NCBI GenBank assembly: GCA_026396275.1
Contig: JAPLXC010000011.1
Coordinates: 1 to 48,296, forward strand
Direction of reading: 5' to 3'
Source: Candidatus Moraniibacteriota bacterium
Lineage (GTDB): Bacteria; Patescibacteriota; Minisyncoccia; Moranbacterales; JAPLXC01
Length of the DNA stretch: 48,296 bases
The position numbers and the translations under genes are program-made. The notes under the pieces are model-generated. The model ran no database searches. It was given only the letters and a program-made list of their open reading frames with translations, and had not been told where the DNA came from. Positions 18,751 to 27,764 of the stretch are shown in pieces (the first letter of the stretch is position 1; each line of letters begins with the position of its first letter).

Positions 18751-19866
18751 CTACGATTTAAGATATTCAAGCGTTTCCCGGGCGCACTTTTCCCAGGAAA
18801 ATTTTTTGAGTTGTTCAAGTCCTTTGGATATCAAACTGCTTTTTAGGCCTTCGTCCTTCAAGGTCCTTGTAATCGTGTCGGCTAATTCCTTCATGTCGCT
18901 TCCGGAAAAATATAATGCCGCGTCGCCGCTCACTTCCGGTAAACTGGAATTCCGGCTGCAGACTACCGGCACCCCGGCGGCAAAGGCCTCCAAAACAGGA
19001 ATGCCAAAACCCTCGTAAAGAGAAGGGAAAACAAAAAGAGCGGCGTTTTGATAAAGAACAGCCAGCTCCTCAAAGCTTATTCCCCCGGTCAAAATAATGT
19101 CCTTCTGGTAAGGACTTTTTTCAATTTTTTCAATTATTCCTTCCCACAGCCACGCTTTCTCGCCGGCCAAAACCAGCTTTAGCTCAGGTTTTTCTTTTTT
19201 GATAAAATTAAAGGTCTCAATAAGAGTTTCCAGATTCTTGCGCGGCTGGATGGCGCCGACATACAGTATATAGCTTTTAGCTTGCAGGTGGTAGCTTTTT
19301 AGTACCTTTTTAATTTTATCTTCTGATATTTCTTTCTGAAATAATTCACTGTCGAACCCATGGTAAATTACGCGAACCTTTTCTTCCTTAATACCAGGAT
19401 AAAATTTTAGAATGTCTCTTTTAGTTGACTGGGAGACAGCGATAATTTTATCCGATTTTTTTATGGCCAAATCCGCCAGAAAGTTCAGTTTCAGCAATTC
19501 TTTTTTGGGGAAATGATCGGAGAAATATTTAAACGCCAAATCATGAATGGTAACAACTGTTTTTAGGCCTTTTCTTCTTAAAATCGGGATATTATGCATT
19601 GGCATCCAGAGAACATCCGGTTTGTCTTTGCAAAGCTCCCGGGCAAAGCGGGTCTGGGTCCAAAAAAAAGGAAAATCCGCTTTTTTAAAGCGGTAATTAG
19701 GAAAATTGGGCGGACAAAGTTCGGGGTTAAAATCCCGGCGGTGGTAAATCAAAAATTCATCAGCCGGAGAAATTTTTCCGAGCCACTTGAGAACATTAAG
19801 CAGATAGACCCTGGTGCCGTCTATTCTTTTGTGGTCTAAATCCGCCGCTTGAATGGCAATACGCAT
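18751..19866 (-). CDS. GT4 glycosyltransferase
   Basis: VVTIHDL, VGAIQPRKN, FVFPSLYEGFGIPVLEA, FSWEKCARET. Confidence 0.93.
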   Translation of the reverse strand: MRIAIQAADLDHKRIDGTRVYLLNVLKWLGKISPADEFLIYHRRDFNPELCPPNFPNYRFKKADFPFFWTQTRFARELCKDKPDVLWMPMHNIPILRRKGLKTVVTIHDLAFKYFSDHFPKKELLKLNFLADLAIKKSDKIIAVSQSTKRDILKFYPGIKEEKVRVIYHGFDSELFQKEISEDKIKKVLKSYHLQAKSYILYVGAIQPRKNLETLIETFNFIKKEKPELKLVLAGEKAWLWEGIIEKIEKSPYQKDIILTGGISFEELAVLYQNAALFVFPSLYEGFGIPVLEAFAAGVPVVCSRNSSLPEVSGDAALYFSGSDMKELADTITRTLKDEGLKSSLISKGLEQLKKFSWEKCARETLEYLKS

Positions 19867-19884
19867 AAAAAACTTTTACTACAG

Positions 19885-19955
19885 TTGGGGAGGTAGGATT
19901 CGGACCTACGATCACGGATCCAGAGTCCGTTGCCTTACCGCTTGGCTACTCCCCA
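19885..19955 (-). tRNA. tRNA-Gln(CTG)
   Basis: Cloverleaf TGGGGAG/CTCCCCA, anticodon arm ACGGA-CTCTGGA-TCCGT, T-arm GTAGG-TCCGAAT-CCTAC; CCA not encoded. Confidence 0.93.
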
Positions 19956-20206
19956 ATGTCTAAATTTTTAAAAATATTTTTTAACTCTTTTCTCCCCTTT
20001 CTTGATTTCAAATATTTTTCTCTAATCCTTGCCTCGCGCAAAGTTTTTAATTCCTCCTTATAGATCAATTTTAAGGGTCTTCTATTTTTAGTAGATTTGC
20101 ACTTTCCAAAACTATGATCATTTAATCTTTTTTCTAAATTGTCTGTTGATCCCAGATATGATTTCTTGTCTTTTTGGCTCAGAAGCAAATAAACTGTTGG
20201 ACTCAT
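19946..20206 (-). CDS. Stand-alone GIY-YIG nuclease-family protein
   Basis: VYLL...YLGSTDNLEKRLNDH...T...RP.KLIY.E...AR.RE; stop codon lies inside tRNA-Gln. Confidence 0.88.
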   Translation of the reverse strand: MSPTVYLLLSQKDKKSYLGSTDNLEKRLNDHSFGKCKSTKNRRPLKLIYKEELKTLREARIREKYLKSRKGRKELKNIFKNLDIGE

Positions 20207-20224
20207 AATAAACCTTGTGCCTTA

Positions 20225-20258
20225 TCCGCCTCGGCAAGGACGCCTCGGACGAGACGGG
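20225..20258. mobile_element. 34-bp GC-rich hairpin insertion
   Basis: Absent from the intact tRNA; minus strand folds as CCGTCTCG/CGAGGCGG with an inner stem. Confidence 0.7.
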
Positions 20259-20265
20259 CCGCTTG

Positions 20266-20284
20266 CCTGTCCGCCTTTGACGGA
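20266..20284. mobile_element. 19-bp CCTG-tagged hairpin insertion
   Basis: CCTG-TCCGCCTTTGACGGA; absent from the intact tRNA. Confidence 0.7.
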
Positions 20285-20301
20285 GCTACTCCCCAAAATA
20301 C

Positions 20302-20327
20302 TAAAACAAGCATTGCTGCTTGTTTTA
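20302..20327. terminator. Terminator-like hairpin downstream of ftsX
   Basis: Perfect 11-bp stem TAAAACAAGCA/TGCTTGTTTTA, 4-nt loop. Confidence 0.6.
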
Positions 20328-20375
20328 TCGTATCTCAAAATATGCCAAAAATCAACTTTAAGCTCTAGCTTTACC

Positions 20376-21296
20376 TTACACTTTCAGATATCTTCTAATC
20401 GCAATAAAACCACTGACTATTCCCAAAATTATTCCCGACGCGAAAAGGAACAGCGCGATCAGCCCGAAATACTGGAAATAAAGCGATTCCACACTCGCTC
20501 CAGCCATAATTTTTTGGATAATGGGATCCGTAAAAGCAACAGTGATAAAAAGCAAAAGAAGCGCGCCGACGGCGGAGAAAAGTCCATATAATATCCCTTC
20601 GAAGACATACGGCATCCGCACATACATGTTGGAGGCGCCAACGAGGCGCATAATTTCAAATTCCTGCCGGTGCGAATAAATAGTCAGACGAATGGTATTA
20701 AAGGTAATCAGCACAGCGATAATTATAAAAATGGATCCCAGCACGAACCCGACTCTTTCCGCGAGGCGTATCAGATTATTAAGCCGTTCAATAGCCGTCC
20801 TGTTTTTTTCATAATTAATCCGGCTTATCTCCTCTCGAAAATTCGACTGCTCAATAGCTTGAGCGATGATTCCGTATTGTTCCGACTGATGCGCCCTGAT
20901 GACAAGGGCTGCCAGCAAGGGGTTCTCCCCTATTTCCTCCAGCGCCTGGGTAATGGAAGGGTCATTGTTTCCGCTGGCCAAAAATTCTTTGAGCGCTTGA
21001 TCTTTCGAAACATAATCAATTGATTTAATTTCCCGATAGCCAGTGAGTTTATCTTTGATTTCCAGAATTCTTTCTTCTTTTACCTCTGGATTAAAATAAA
21101 TACTGACGTTTATCTTGTCCTCAACGCTTTTCAAAATGGAGTCGGTGGAAATCCCGACTAGAATAGTAATGCTCAAAATATAAAGGGAGATGGTCAGGAT
21201 GCTGACTGTCGCAAAACTCAGCCAGCCGTTGCGGTAAAAATTTTTCAGCCCTTCTTTAAACGTTCTCCAGAGTTTTAATAGCTTTGTGCGTTTCAT
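20376..21296 (-). CDS. ftsX: Cell division permease FtsX
   Basis: RN.WLS, NTIRLTIYSHRQEFEIMRLVGA; overlaps ftsE stop. Confidence 0.93.
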   Translation of the reverse strand: MKRTKLLKLWRTFKEGLKNFYRNGWLSFATVSILTISLYILSITILVGISTDSILKSVEDKINVSIYFNPEVKEERILEIKDKLTGYREIKSIDYVSKDQALKEFLASGNNDPSITQALEEIGENPLLAALVIRAHQSEQYGIIAQAIEQSNFREEISRINYEKNRTAIERLNNLIRLAERVGFVLGSIFIIIAVLITFNTIRLTIYSHRQEFEIMRLVGASNMYVRMPYVFEGILYGLFSAVGALLLLFITVAFTDPIIQKIMAGASVESLYFQYFGLIALFLFASGIILGIVSGFIAIRRYLKV

Positions 21297-21973
21297 ATTG
21301 CGTATTTTCCTTTTTTATGATCTCTGATAATTCTTCCTCTGTCCATGGCCACTACTCGCCGGTTAATTTTATCCACGATGTCCTTGTTGTGAGTGGCCAG
21401 AAGCACGGTAGTGCCCAAGCTGTTTATCTTGAGAAGCAGCTGAATGACATCCCAGGAGGAAATCGGATCCAAATTTCCCGTCGGTTCATCGGCAATAATG
21501 ACCAGTGGCCGGTGAACCAGGGCGCGGGCAATTGAGTTTTTTTGCTGTTCCCCGCCAGAGAGCTGCCAGGGATATTTTTCCATTTTGTCGCCCAATCCCA
21601 CGATATCCAGAATGCTGGGAACTTTTTCCGCAATTTCTTCGGCTGGTTCCCCAGCTACCTCAAGCGCGTAGGCGACATTTTCAAATACGGTTCGCTGAGG
21701 AAGAAGTTTAAAGTCCTGAAAAATCGTTCCGATGTTGCGGCGATAATAAGGAAGATGCCTTTTCTTGATGGTATCCAGTGGCCGGTCATTGAAATAAACC
21801 TGCCCTGAAGTCGGCTGCTCTTCGGCATAAATTAGTTTTAGCAGGGTGGATTTTCCCGCTCCGCTTTGTCCGACAATGGAAACGAATTCTCCCTGTCCAA
21901 TTTTAAGGTTAATACCCTCCAGGGCGATAAAATCGCCGGGAAATATCTTTGAAACGTTTTCAAATTTAATCAT
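21293..21973 (-). CDS. ftsE: Cell division ATP-binding protein FtsE
   Basis: [36 protein letters not shown]; upstream of ftsX. Confidence 0.93.
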   Translation of the reverse strand: MIKFENVSKIFPGDFIALEGINLKIGQGEFVSIVGQSGAGKSTLLKLIYAEEQPTSGQVYFNDRPLDTIKKRHLPYYRRNIGTIFQDFKLLPQRTVFENVAYALEVAGEPAEEIAEKVPSILDIVGLGDKMEKYPWQLSGGEQQKNSIARALVHRPLVIIADEPTGNLDPISSWDVIQLLLKINSLGTTVLLATHNKDIVDKINRRVVAMDRGRIIRDHKKGKYAI

Positions 21974-21988
21974 ACTGATATTATTTTA

Positions 21989-23084
21989 TCACCAATGTTC
22001 TCTTGCCGCAAACCGAAGATACGCTTCAGTAAACTCATTTAATTCCCCGTCCAGCACTTTTTCCGGATTAGCGGTCTCATACTTTGTCCGATGGTCTTTT
22101 ACTAATTTATACGGATGGAGCACATAGGAGCGAATTTGATTTCCCCACTCGGCGCTTTTGAACTCTCCCCTTAATTTATGCTTTTCTTTTTCTTGGTCTT
22201 CAAGATATTTTTGGTGAAGTTTGGCGGTAAGCACTTTCATTGCCTGTTCTTTATTCTGCGTCTGGGAGCGCTCGTTTTGCATGCTTACGACAATGCCGGT
22301 GGGAAAATGGGTAATGCGCACGGCGCTGTCGGTTTTATTTACGCTTTGGCCGCCGGCGCCCGAAGATCGGTAAGTGTCTATTTTAAGATCTTTATTGCTT
22401 ATTGCCACTTCTTTTATTTCCCCGATTACCGGCAAAACCTCTACTAATGCAAAAGATGTCTGGCGAAGATTATCAGCGTTAAATGGGGAAAGCCGGACCA
22501 GCCGGTGGACGCCGGCCTCGCTTTTCAGGTTTCCATAAGCGTAGGGACCTTCGATTTCTGCTGTTGCGCTTTTTATCCCCGCCTCCCCTCCCCGTGATTC
22601 ATCAAGAATTTTTGCTTTAAAATTATTTTTCTCCACCCAGCGGAGATACATCCGAAGAAGCATTTCCGCCCAGTCCTGGGCGTCTACTCCTCCGGCGCCG
22701 GCGTGAATGGACAGAATCACATCGTTTCTGTCATAGGATCCTCCTAAAAGTGCCTGGAATTCAAGCTTATTTATTTTCTTTTCTAAATCCGAAACCTGCT
22801 TTTCTAATTCATCACGGTCTTTTTCTGAAGCCGCGATACTCAAAAGTTCCTCAAGTTCTTTCAACTGATTTTCCAGTTTTTCCAGTCCTCCAACTTCATC
22901 CCTGAGTAATTCTAGCTCTTTTAATATCTTCGCGGCTTTTTCCCGATCATTCCAAAAATCCTTATCCGCGCCAATTTTCTCTAAGTCCGCGATTTTCCGC
23001 GTCTTTCCGGAAACATCAAAGACAGTCCCGCAAAAGCGGGAGTTTATTCTTGAGTATTTGAAGTTTTTCTTGGAGCTCTCTCAT
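21989..23084 (-). CDS. prfB: Peptide chain release factor 2 with programmed +1 frameshift (22 codons, then CTT TGA at 23021-23016); ~364 aa
   Basis: SPF and GGQ motifs; upstream mini-ORF MRELQEKLQILKNKLPLLRDCL ends CTT TGA; internal SD-like GCGGGA; +1 frame open. Confidence 0.95.
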
Positions 23085-23112
23085 AAGCCAAATAATAACA
23101 AGAAGGTTCTAT

Positions 23113-23853
23113 TTAATCAAGTAAGAGAAGTGCAAACATTAATCCGATTCCTAAGATGAAAGTGATTAATTGCCAAAATGATTTTTTCGGTTCCGTATCT
23201 TTGTGAAGCTCCGGAATCAAATCAGTGCTGGCAATATAAATAAATCCTCCGGCGGCGAAAGGAACAAGAAAATTAACCAAAAAACCGACTTGCCCACTTA
23301 TGGCCAGTACTAACAATGCTCCGGCTACTGCCGCCAGAGCAGTAAGAAAATTAAATGCCAAGGCCTTTAATCGTGAAAATCCTCCGTAGACCAGCGAACC
23401 AAAGTCCCCCACTTCTTGGGGAATTTCATGAAAAACTACCGCCAGTGTGGTAGCAATACCGACGGGGATACTAACCAGAAAACTCGCTGCAATTATCAAG
23501 CCATCAATGAAATTATGCAATGTGTCTCCAGCCAAAATAATATAAGAAAACGGGTGGGGATGTTCGGCAGAAGCAACCACGTGGCAATGCCTCCAGTGAA
23601 TGAACTTTTCTAATATAAAAAATATAATAATACCGGATAAAATATAAAGAGAAACGTGCAAAGGAGCCGTATTTCCGTAGGCCTCCGGAATAAGATGGAT
23701 AAAAGCGTCACCGAGCAGCGTGCCGGCGGAAAAACTCACGAGATAAATTAAGACCCGAGCTAATTTTTTCTGATCAAGAGAAAAAGTAAAAATTCCGACG
23801 AGCGAAATTAAGCTGATAATTATGACTGACGATAAGGTGTAAAGCCAAACCAT
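23113..23853 (-). CDS. ZIP-family divalent metal transporter
   Basis: GDAFIHLIPE, HNFIDG, HEIPQEVGDF. Confidence 0.92.
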   Translation of the reverse strand: MVWLYTLSSVIIISLISLVGIFTFSLDQKKLARVLIYLVSFSAGTLLGDAFIHLIPEAYGNTAPLHVSLYILSGIIIFFILEKFIHWRHCHVVASAEHPHPFSYIILAGDTLHNFIDGLIIAASFLVSIPVGIATTLAVVFHEIPQEVGDFGSLVYGGFSRLKALAFNFLTALAAVAGALLVLAISGQVGFLVNFLVPFAAGGFIYIASTDLIPELHKDTEPKKSFWQLITFILGIGLMFALLLLD

Positions 23854-23861
23854 GAATCAGG

Positions 23862-23947
23862 TTGTAGCTTGTTAGCTTGTAGCTTATTAGATACTTATAA
23901 AAGCTGTTAGGAATCTAAGATGCTAAAAAGCTAAATCCTAAAAGCTA
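23862..23947. repeat. 7/8-bp periodic TAGCTT / AAGCTA tract in inverted arrangement
   Basis: TTGTAGC TTGTTAGC TTGTAGC ... GCTAAAAA GCTAAAT CCTAAAA GCTA. Confidence 0.7.
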
Positions 23948-24466
23948 TTTTAAATAATTCTTAATCAACTCGATATGATCTTCTTCCGCTTGTGAAAGCG
24001 CGGTGAACAAAATTTTTATGTTTTGCTCCTCCGCTTCTTGCATAAACTGCTTATACAAATTAGCTGCGTTTTCTTCTAGGACTATCGTCTTTTTGAAATT
24101 CTCAATATCTTCGTCATCGCAGGATTCTTCGCCAATCACCGGCCGTTCGGTCTGAAGCAACTTCGTTACTATTACCGCGTGCTCCATTTCTACTTTAGCC
24201 AAGCGCTTATACATTGCTTTTATTTCGTAGGATTTGGCTTTCCCAGCCATGCAGGTATAAATAGCAACAGCTCTTATTTCAAGATCATAAGTTGCTTTAA
24301 GATTCTTAATAGACTGCTCGCTTAAATCAATTTTTTCATTGACTATCGGCTTAGCTTCGCTACCAGGTTTGATAAAATTTTCTCTCGCTCCGCAAAAAGG
24401 GCAATTTTTTGGCTTCTCTAAGCCAATATACGCATCACCGCATATTTCACAGATGAATGTTTTCAT
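23945..24466 (-). CDS. Rubrerythrin-family protein (N-terminal rubredoxin-like CxxC/CxxC plus ferritin-like domain)
   Basis: CEIC...CPFC; EMEH and EEDH ExxH motifs. Confidence 0.85.
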   Translation of the reverse strand: MKTFICEICGDAYIGLEKPKNCPFCGARENFIKPGSEAKPIVNEKIDLSEQSIKNLKATYDLEIRAVAIYTCMAGKAKSYEIKAMYKRLAKVEMEHAVIVTKLLQTERPVIGEESCDDEDIENFKKTIVLEENAANLYKQFMQEAEEQNIKILFTALSQAEEDHIELIKNYLK

Positions 24467-24505
24467 AAGCTCCTACAAATTACAAATTATTTAAGCGTGA
24501 TAATT

Positions 24506-24537
24506 TTTACTACAGTATACTGAAATACTGTAGTAAA
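24506..24537. promoter_or_regulatory. 13-bp perfect inverted repeat upstream of the rubrerythrin gene
   Basis: TTTACTACAGTAT-ACTGAA-ATACTGTAGTAAA. Confidence 0.4.
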
Positions 24538-24576
24538 TTACTTTTAATTAAAGTGCATTGCCCCGCCAGATCTTTG

Positions 24577-24649
24577 AGCCCACGGTCAGGATTGAACTGA
24601 CGACCTATGCGTTACGAATGCATCGCTCTACCAACTGAGCTACGTGGGC
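24577..24649 (-). tRNA. tRNA-Thr(CGT)
   Basis: GCCCACG/CGTGGGC acceptor stem, anticodon loop TTCGTAA, T-loop TTCAATC; CCA not encoded. Confidence 0.95.
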
Positions 24650-24667
24650 AGTTTAATCATTATAACG

Positions 24668-25573
24668 CTATTTTTTACTTTTATCAAGAAGTTCCTTCCA
24701 TCTCTCATCCACCATTCCCTGAATCTTTTCAATGACCTTCTTATTTTCCGGCTTAAATAAATGCTTGAATCTTCCCTGGGTTTTCAAAAATTCTTCCACC
24801 GGTTTCGGACTTTTAGGTAAGTAATTAATTACGTATCTCCTTTTTTCTATTTCATAAAGCGGCCAGAAATTGGTTTCTGTTGCCAGCCGGCCGACATTCA
24901 CGTATTGCGAAGTGGGAAATTTCCACAAATTAGTGCAGGGCTGAAGGACCAATAAAAATGCCGGTCCTTCTGTCGCTAAGGCCTTTTTAGCTTTTTGCTC
25001 TAAATCTTCAAGATAAGCCACATTGGCTTGGGCCGCGTATTTCACGTGATGGGCATCCACAATTTGCATGATATCTTTCCGGGTGAGTTCATTTCCGATA
25101 TCATGCACTCCAAACGGCGTGGTTTCTGTTGAAGCGCCGTATGGCGAGGCGCTTGATCGCTGGCCACCGGTGTTCATATAGCCCTGATTGTCATAGCAAA
25201 CATAAAGGAAATTATGACCTCGCTCCAGCGCGCCGGAAAGTGATTGCAGGCCAATATCGTATGTTCCACCATCGCCGGCAAAGACGACAATTTTAGCTTG
25301 TCTCTTTACCTTTCCTTTTTTTAGTAGCACCTTCTGGGCAGATTCTATTCCTGATGCAGTCACTGCCGCGTTTTCAAAGGCGTTGTGGATATAAGGTACT
25401 CTCCAGGCAGTATATGGATAAAGCGTTGTAGTTACCTCACCACACCCGGTAGCATTGGCTACAATTACCGGCTTATCGGTTGCCCCAAGAACCGTTCTGA
25501 AAATCGCCGGAATTCCGCATCCGGCGCAAGTGCTGTGCCCGGGAGCCAATTTTTCAGTTAGTTTTTTGTTCAT
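24668..25573 (-). CDS. porB: Pyruvate:ferredoxin oxidoreductase beta subunit
   Basis: CAGCG, NATGC, GDGG...DIGLQ, YDNQGYMNTGGQ, PC. Confidence 0.92.
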   Translation of the reverse strand: MNKKLTEKLAPGHSTCAGCGIPAIFRTVLGATDKPVIVANATGCGEVTTTLYPYTAWRVPYIHNAFENAAVTASGIESAQKVLLKKGKVKRQAKIVVFAGDGGTYDIGLQSLSGALERGHNFLYVCYDNQGYMNTGGQRSSASPYGASTETTPFGVHDIGNELTRKDIMQIVDAHHVKYAAQANVAYLEDLEQKAKKALATEGPAFLLVLQPCTNLWKFPTSQYVNVGRLATETNFWPLYEIEKRRYVINYLPKSPKPVEEFLKTQGRFKHLFKPENKKVIEKIQGMVDERWKELLDKSKK

Positions 25574-25582
25574 GAGATTCTC

Positions 25583-25615
25583 TACGAATTACGAATTGTG
25601 TACGAATATACGAAT
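25583..25615. repeat. TACGAAT x4 module (2 units, 4 nt, unit, 1 nt, unit)
   Basis: Exact copies at 25583, 25590, 25601, 25609. Confidence 0.92.
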
Positions 25616-25620
25616 ATCGC

Positions 25621-26829
25621 TTAATTTTTATTTCCTATATATCTAATTTCACCGGCTTTATCTCCATCAGCTAAATCTTCAAAAACTTCTTCAATATCTT
25701 TTTGAAAAATTTCCCGGCCGCCAAGACCGTAAACGTAGGATTGTATAAAGTATTTTGTATCATGTATAAAGTATGATTTATTTTTATTTATACTTGATAC
25801 TTGATACATGCTATTTAATACTTCTTGATAAATTGGCGGGTGAGTTCCCGGCGAAAGCGCGCGGTCTAAAACAGCAATACCCTTGGCGTTTTTGATAACC
25901 CTGGCAATCTCTTTATAAGGAAACGGGCGAAAGAGCTTGATTTTCACCAATCCCGCTTTTATCCCTTGAGAGCGAAGATTGTCTGCTGCCACTTTTATCG
26001 TCCCGGCAGTCGAGCCCGCCGCGACAATAACATAATCCGCAGTTGCGACCCGATAACTTTCCAATAAATCATAATGCCTTCCGGAAATACGCTTAAATTC
26101 AGCGGCAATCTTTTGATATTCTCCAAAAACGTTTTGCATCGCTTCTTCCTGGCCTTTTTTGAATTCAAAATAAGAATTGGGAAGTGCCACCGGTCCGAAA
26201 GTCACCGGATCGGAAATATTCAAAAGATATTTTTCCGGCTGGTATTCCCCGACAAATTTTTTTACGATATTGTCCGGCAGAATCTCCAAATTTTCCACGC
26301 TATGCGATGTAATAAACCCATCCATTACAACCATTACGGGAAGTTTCATAATTTCTGCCAGTTTCATGCCGATCAGGGTATTATCATACGCTTCCTGGAC
26401 ATTCTCCGAAAAAATTTGAATCCAGCCGGCGTCGCGCGCTCCCATAACATCACTGTGGTCGCAGTGGATATTAATCGGAGCGGAGAGAGCTCGGGCGGAA
26501 ACCAGCATCAGAATCGGAAGGCGAAGGCCGCTGGCGATATAAAGAACTTCATTCATTAGGGCCAATCCCTGGGAACTGGTCGCTGTCACCGTGCGTGCTC
26601 CCGCAGCCGACGCACCCACGCAGGCGCTCATCATAGAATGTTCCGATTCCACCGGAATGATTTCTGTGCCTACTAACGCTTCAGCCTGAAATTTAGCAAA
26701 GGTCTCAATAATCGGTGTCTGGGGAGTGATCGGATAAACCGGCATCACATCCGGATCAATCTGCCGCAGGGCCTCGGCCGCTGCTGCTCCACCCGTCAAC
26801 GCTACACGTTTTTTAGTATTATGTATCAT
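25621..26829 (-). CDS. porA: Pyruvate:ferredoxin oxidoreductase alpha subunit
   Basis: YPITPQT, VESEH, TATSSQGL, YGLGGR. Confidence 0.93.
   Translation of the reverse strand: MIHNTKKRVALTGGAAAAEALRQIDPDVMPVYPITPQTPIIETFAKFQAEALVGTEIIPVESEHSMMSACVGASAAGARTVTATSSQGLALMNEVLYIASGLRLPILMLVSARALSAPINIHCDHSDVMGARDAGWIQIFSENVQEAYDNTLIGMKLAEIMKLPVMVVMDGFITSHSVENLEILPDNIVKKFVGEYQPEKYLLNISDPVTFGPVALPNSYFEFKKGQEEAMQNVFGEYQKIAAEFKRISGRHYDLLESYRVATADYVIVAAGSTAGTIKVAADNLRSQGIKAGLVKIKLFRPFPYKEIARVIKNAKGIAVLDRALSPGTHPPIYQEVLNSMYQVSSINKNKSYFIHDTKYFIQSYVYGLGGREIFQKDIEEVFEDLADGDKAGEIRYIGNKN
25743..25807. repeat. Inverted heptamer tract inside porA (5 x GTATnnn, then 3 x nnnATAC)
   Basis: Read directly from sequence. 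Confidence 0.85.
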
Positions 26830-26840
26830 GTACTAGTAAT

Positions 26841-27116
26841 TTATTCTTTAATCATTACTATCGCCTTTTGCGGGCATTCTGCTGCACAAACCCCGCATCC
26901 TTTGCAAAAATCGTAATCAATTTCCGCCACTTTTTTATTCTTTGCTGCTTGTCGCTTATCGCTTGCCGCTAATTCTATAGCTGCTTCCGGACAATATTTA
27001 ACACACGTGCCGCAGCCGACGCACTTTTTTTTGTTCACTACTGGCTTCATATACCGCCAATTGCCGGTTCGCGGAGCTTTTTCTATGTTGTGTTTTATGA
27101 CTGCATCTTGTTCCAT
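26841..27116 (-). CDS. porD: Pyruvate:ferredoxin oxidoreductase delta subunit (2x[4Fe-4S])
   Basis: TGNWRYMKP, CVGCGTC...CP, CKGCGVC...CP. Confidence 0.93.
   Translation of the reverse strand: MEQDAVIKHNIEKAPRTGNWRYMKPVVNKKKCVGCGTCVKYCPEAAIELAASDKRQAAKNKKVAEIDYDFCKGCGVCAAECPQKAIVMIKE
26944..26971. repeat. Four 7-bp nnnGCTT units inside porD
   Basis: GCTGCTT GTCGCTT ATCGCTT GCCGCTA. Confidence 0.8.
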
Positions 27117-27121
27117 GTGTT

Positions 27122-27183
27122 TCTTTACTAATTACGAATTTATTTACTAAGTATATTCGTACTTGATTAGTAATTCGTAAAGA
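27122..27183. repeat. Inverted TACNAAT / ATTNGTA heptamer pair filling the porC-porD spacer
   Basis: TACTAAT TACGAAT ... ATTAGTA ATTCGTA. Confidence 0.85.
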
Positions 27184-27756
27184 TCAAATCGCGTCATATC
27201 CTTCCTGAATCGCTCTTACATTTTTCTCTGTCATTTCTTTCCCGATCTTCTTTTCAAAAATTTTTCTAAACTCGTGAGTTATACTTTCCAGTTTGACTAC
27301 CTCGGTAATCTGAACAATTTTCCCCAGGACTACCGAATTGGTATTCGGCTGGCCAATGACTGCAAGCGCCAGTCCCGTCGCGTCAATGGGATAAATTCTC
27401 CCTTGAAAGTTCTTTACCATTTGCGCTATTTCTTCTCTGTTTCTCTTAGTATTAATTATTAATGACTCGTGGCGGTCCAAATTTTCCGCTACTTTTTCAC
27501 TTCCTAAAAGAGTTTCATCCAAAACTACCACCGCGTCCGGGTCAATTACCGGCTCGTGAGTCCTGATTGGTTCGGAAGAGACGCGAACATAAGCTCTCGT
27601 CGGAGCGCCACTTCTTTCCGGCCCGAAAAAAGGGAAGGCCTGAACATATTTTCCCTCCCTAACTGCTGCTTGAACAATAATTTCAGCAGCGGTTTTGGCT
27701 CCTTGTCCCGCTCGCGCAAAAAAGATAATTTCAAAAGTGTCTTTGTTAAACTTCAT
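27184..27756 (-). CDS. porC: Pyruvate:ferredoxin oxidoreductase gamma subunit
   Basis: RAGQGAKT, FGPERSGAP, IDATGLA. Confidence 0.92.
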   Translation of the reverse strand: MKFNKDTFEIIFFARAGQGAKTAAEIIVQAAVREGKYVQAFPFFGPERSGAPTRAYVRVSSEPIRTHEPVIDPDAVVVLDETLLGSEKVAENLDRHESLIINTKRNREEIAQMVKNFQGRIYPIDATGLALAVIGQPNTNSVVLGKIVQITEVVKLESITHEFRKIFEKKIGKEMTEKNVRAIQEGYDAI

Positions 27757-27764
27757 GATTTCCC

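Larger units (their letters stand above)
20218..20295 (-). pseudogene. Duplicated 5' fragment of tRNA-Gln interrupted by two hairpin insertions
   Basis: Removing 20225-20258 and 20266-20284 leaves an exact copy of tRNA nt 1-25. Confidence 0.85.

Noticed and set aside
21989-22864. ORF-track prfB starting at 22864
   Set aside because: The frame stays open to 23017 and is entered by the +1 frameshift from ATG 23084
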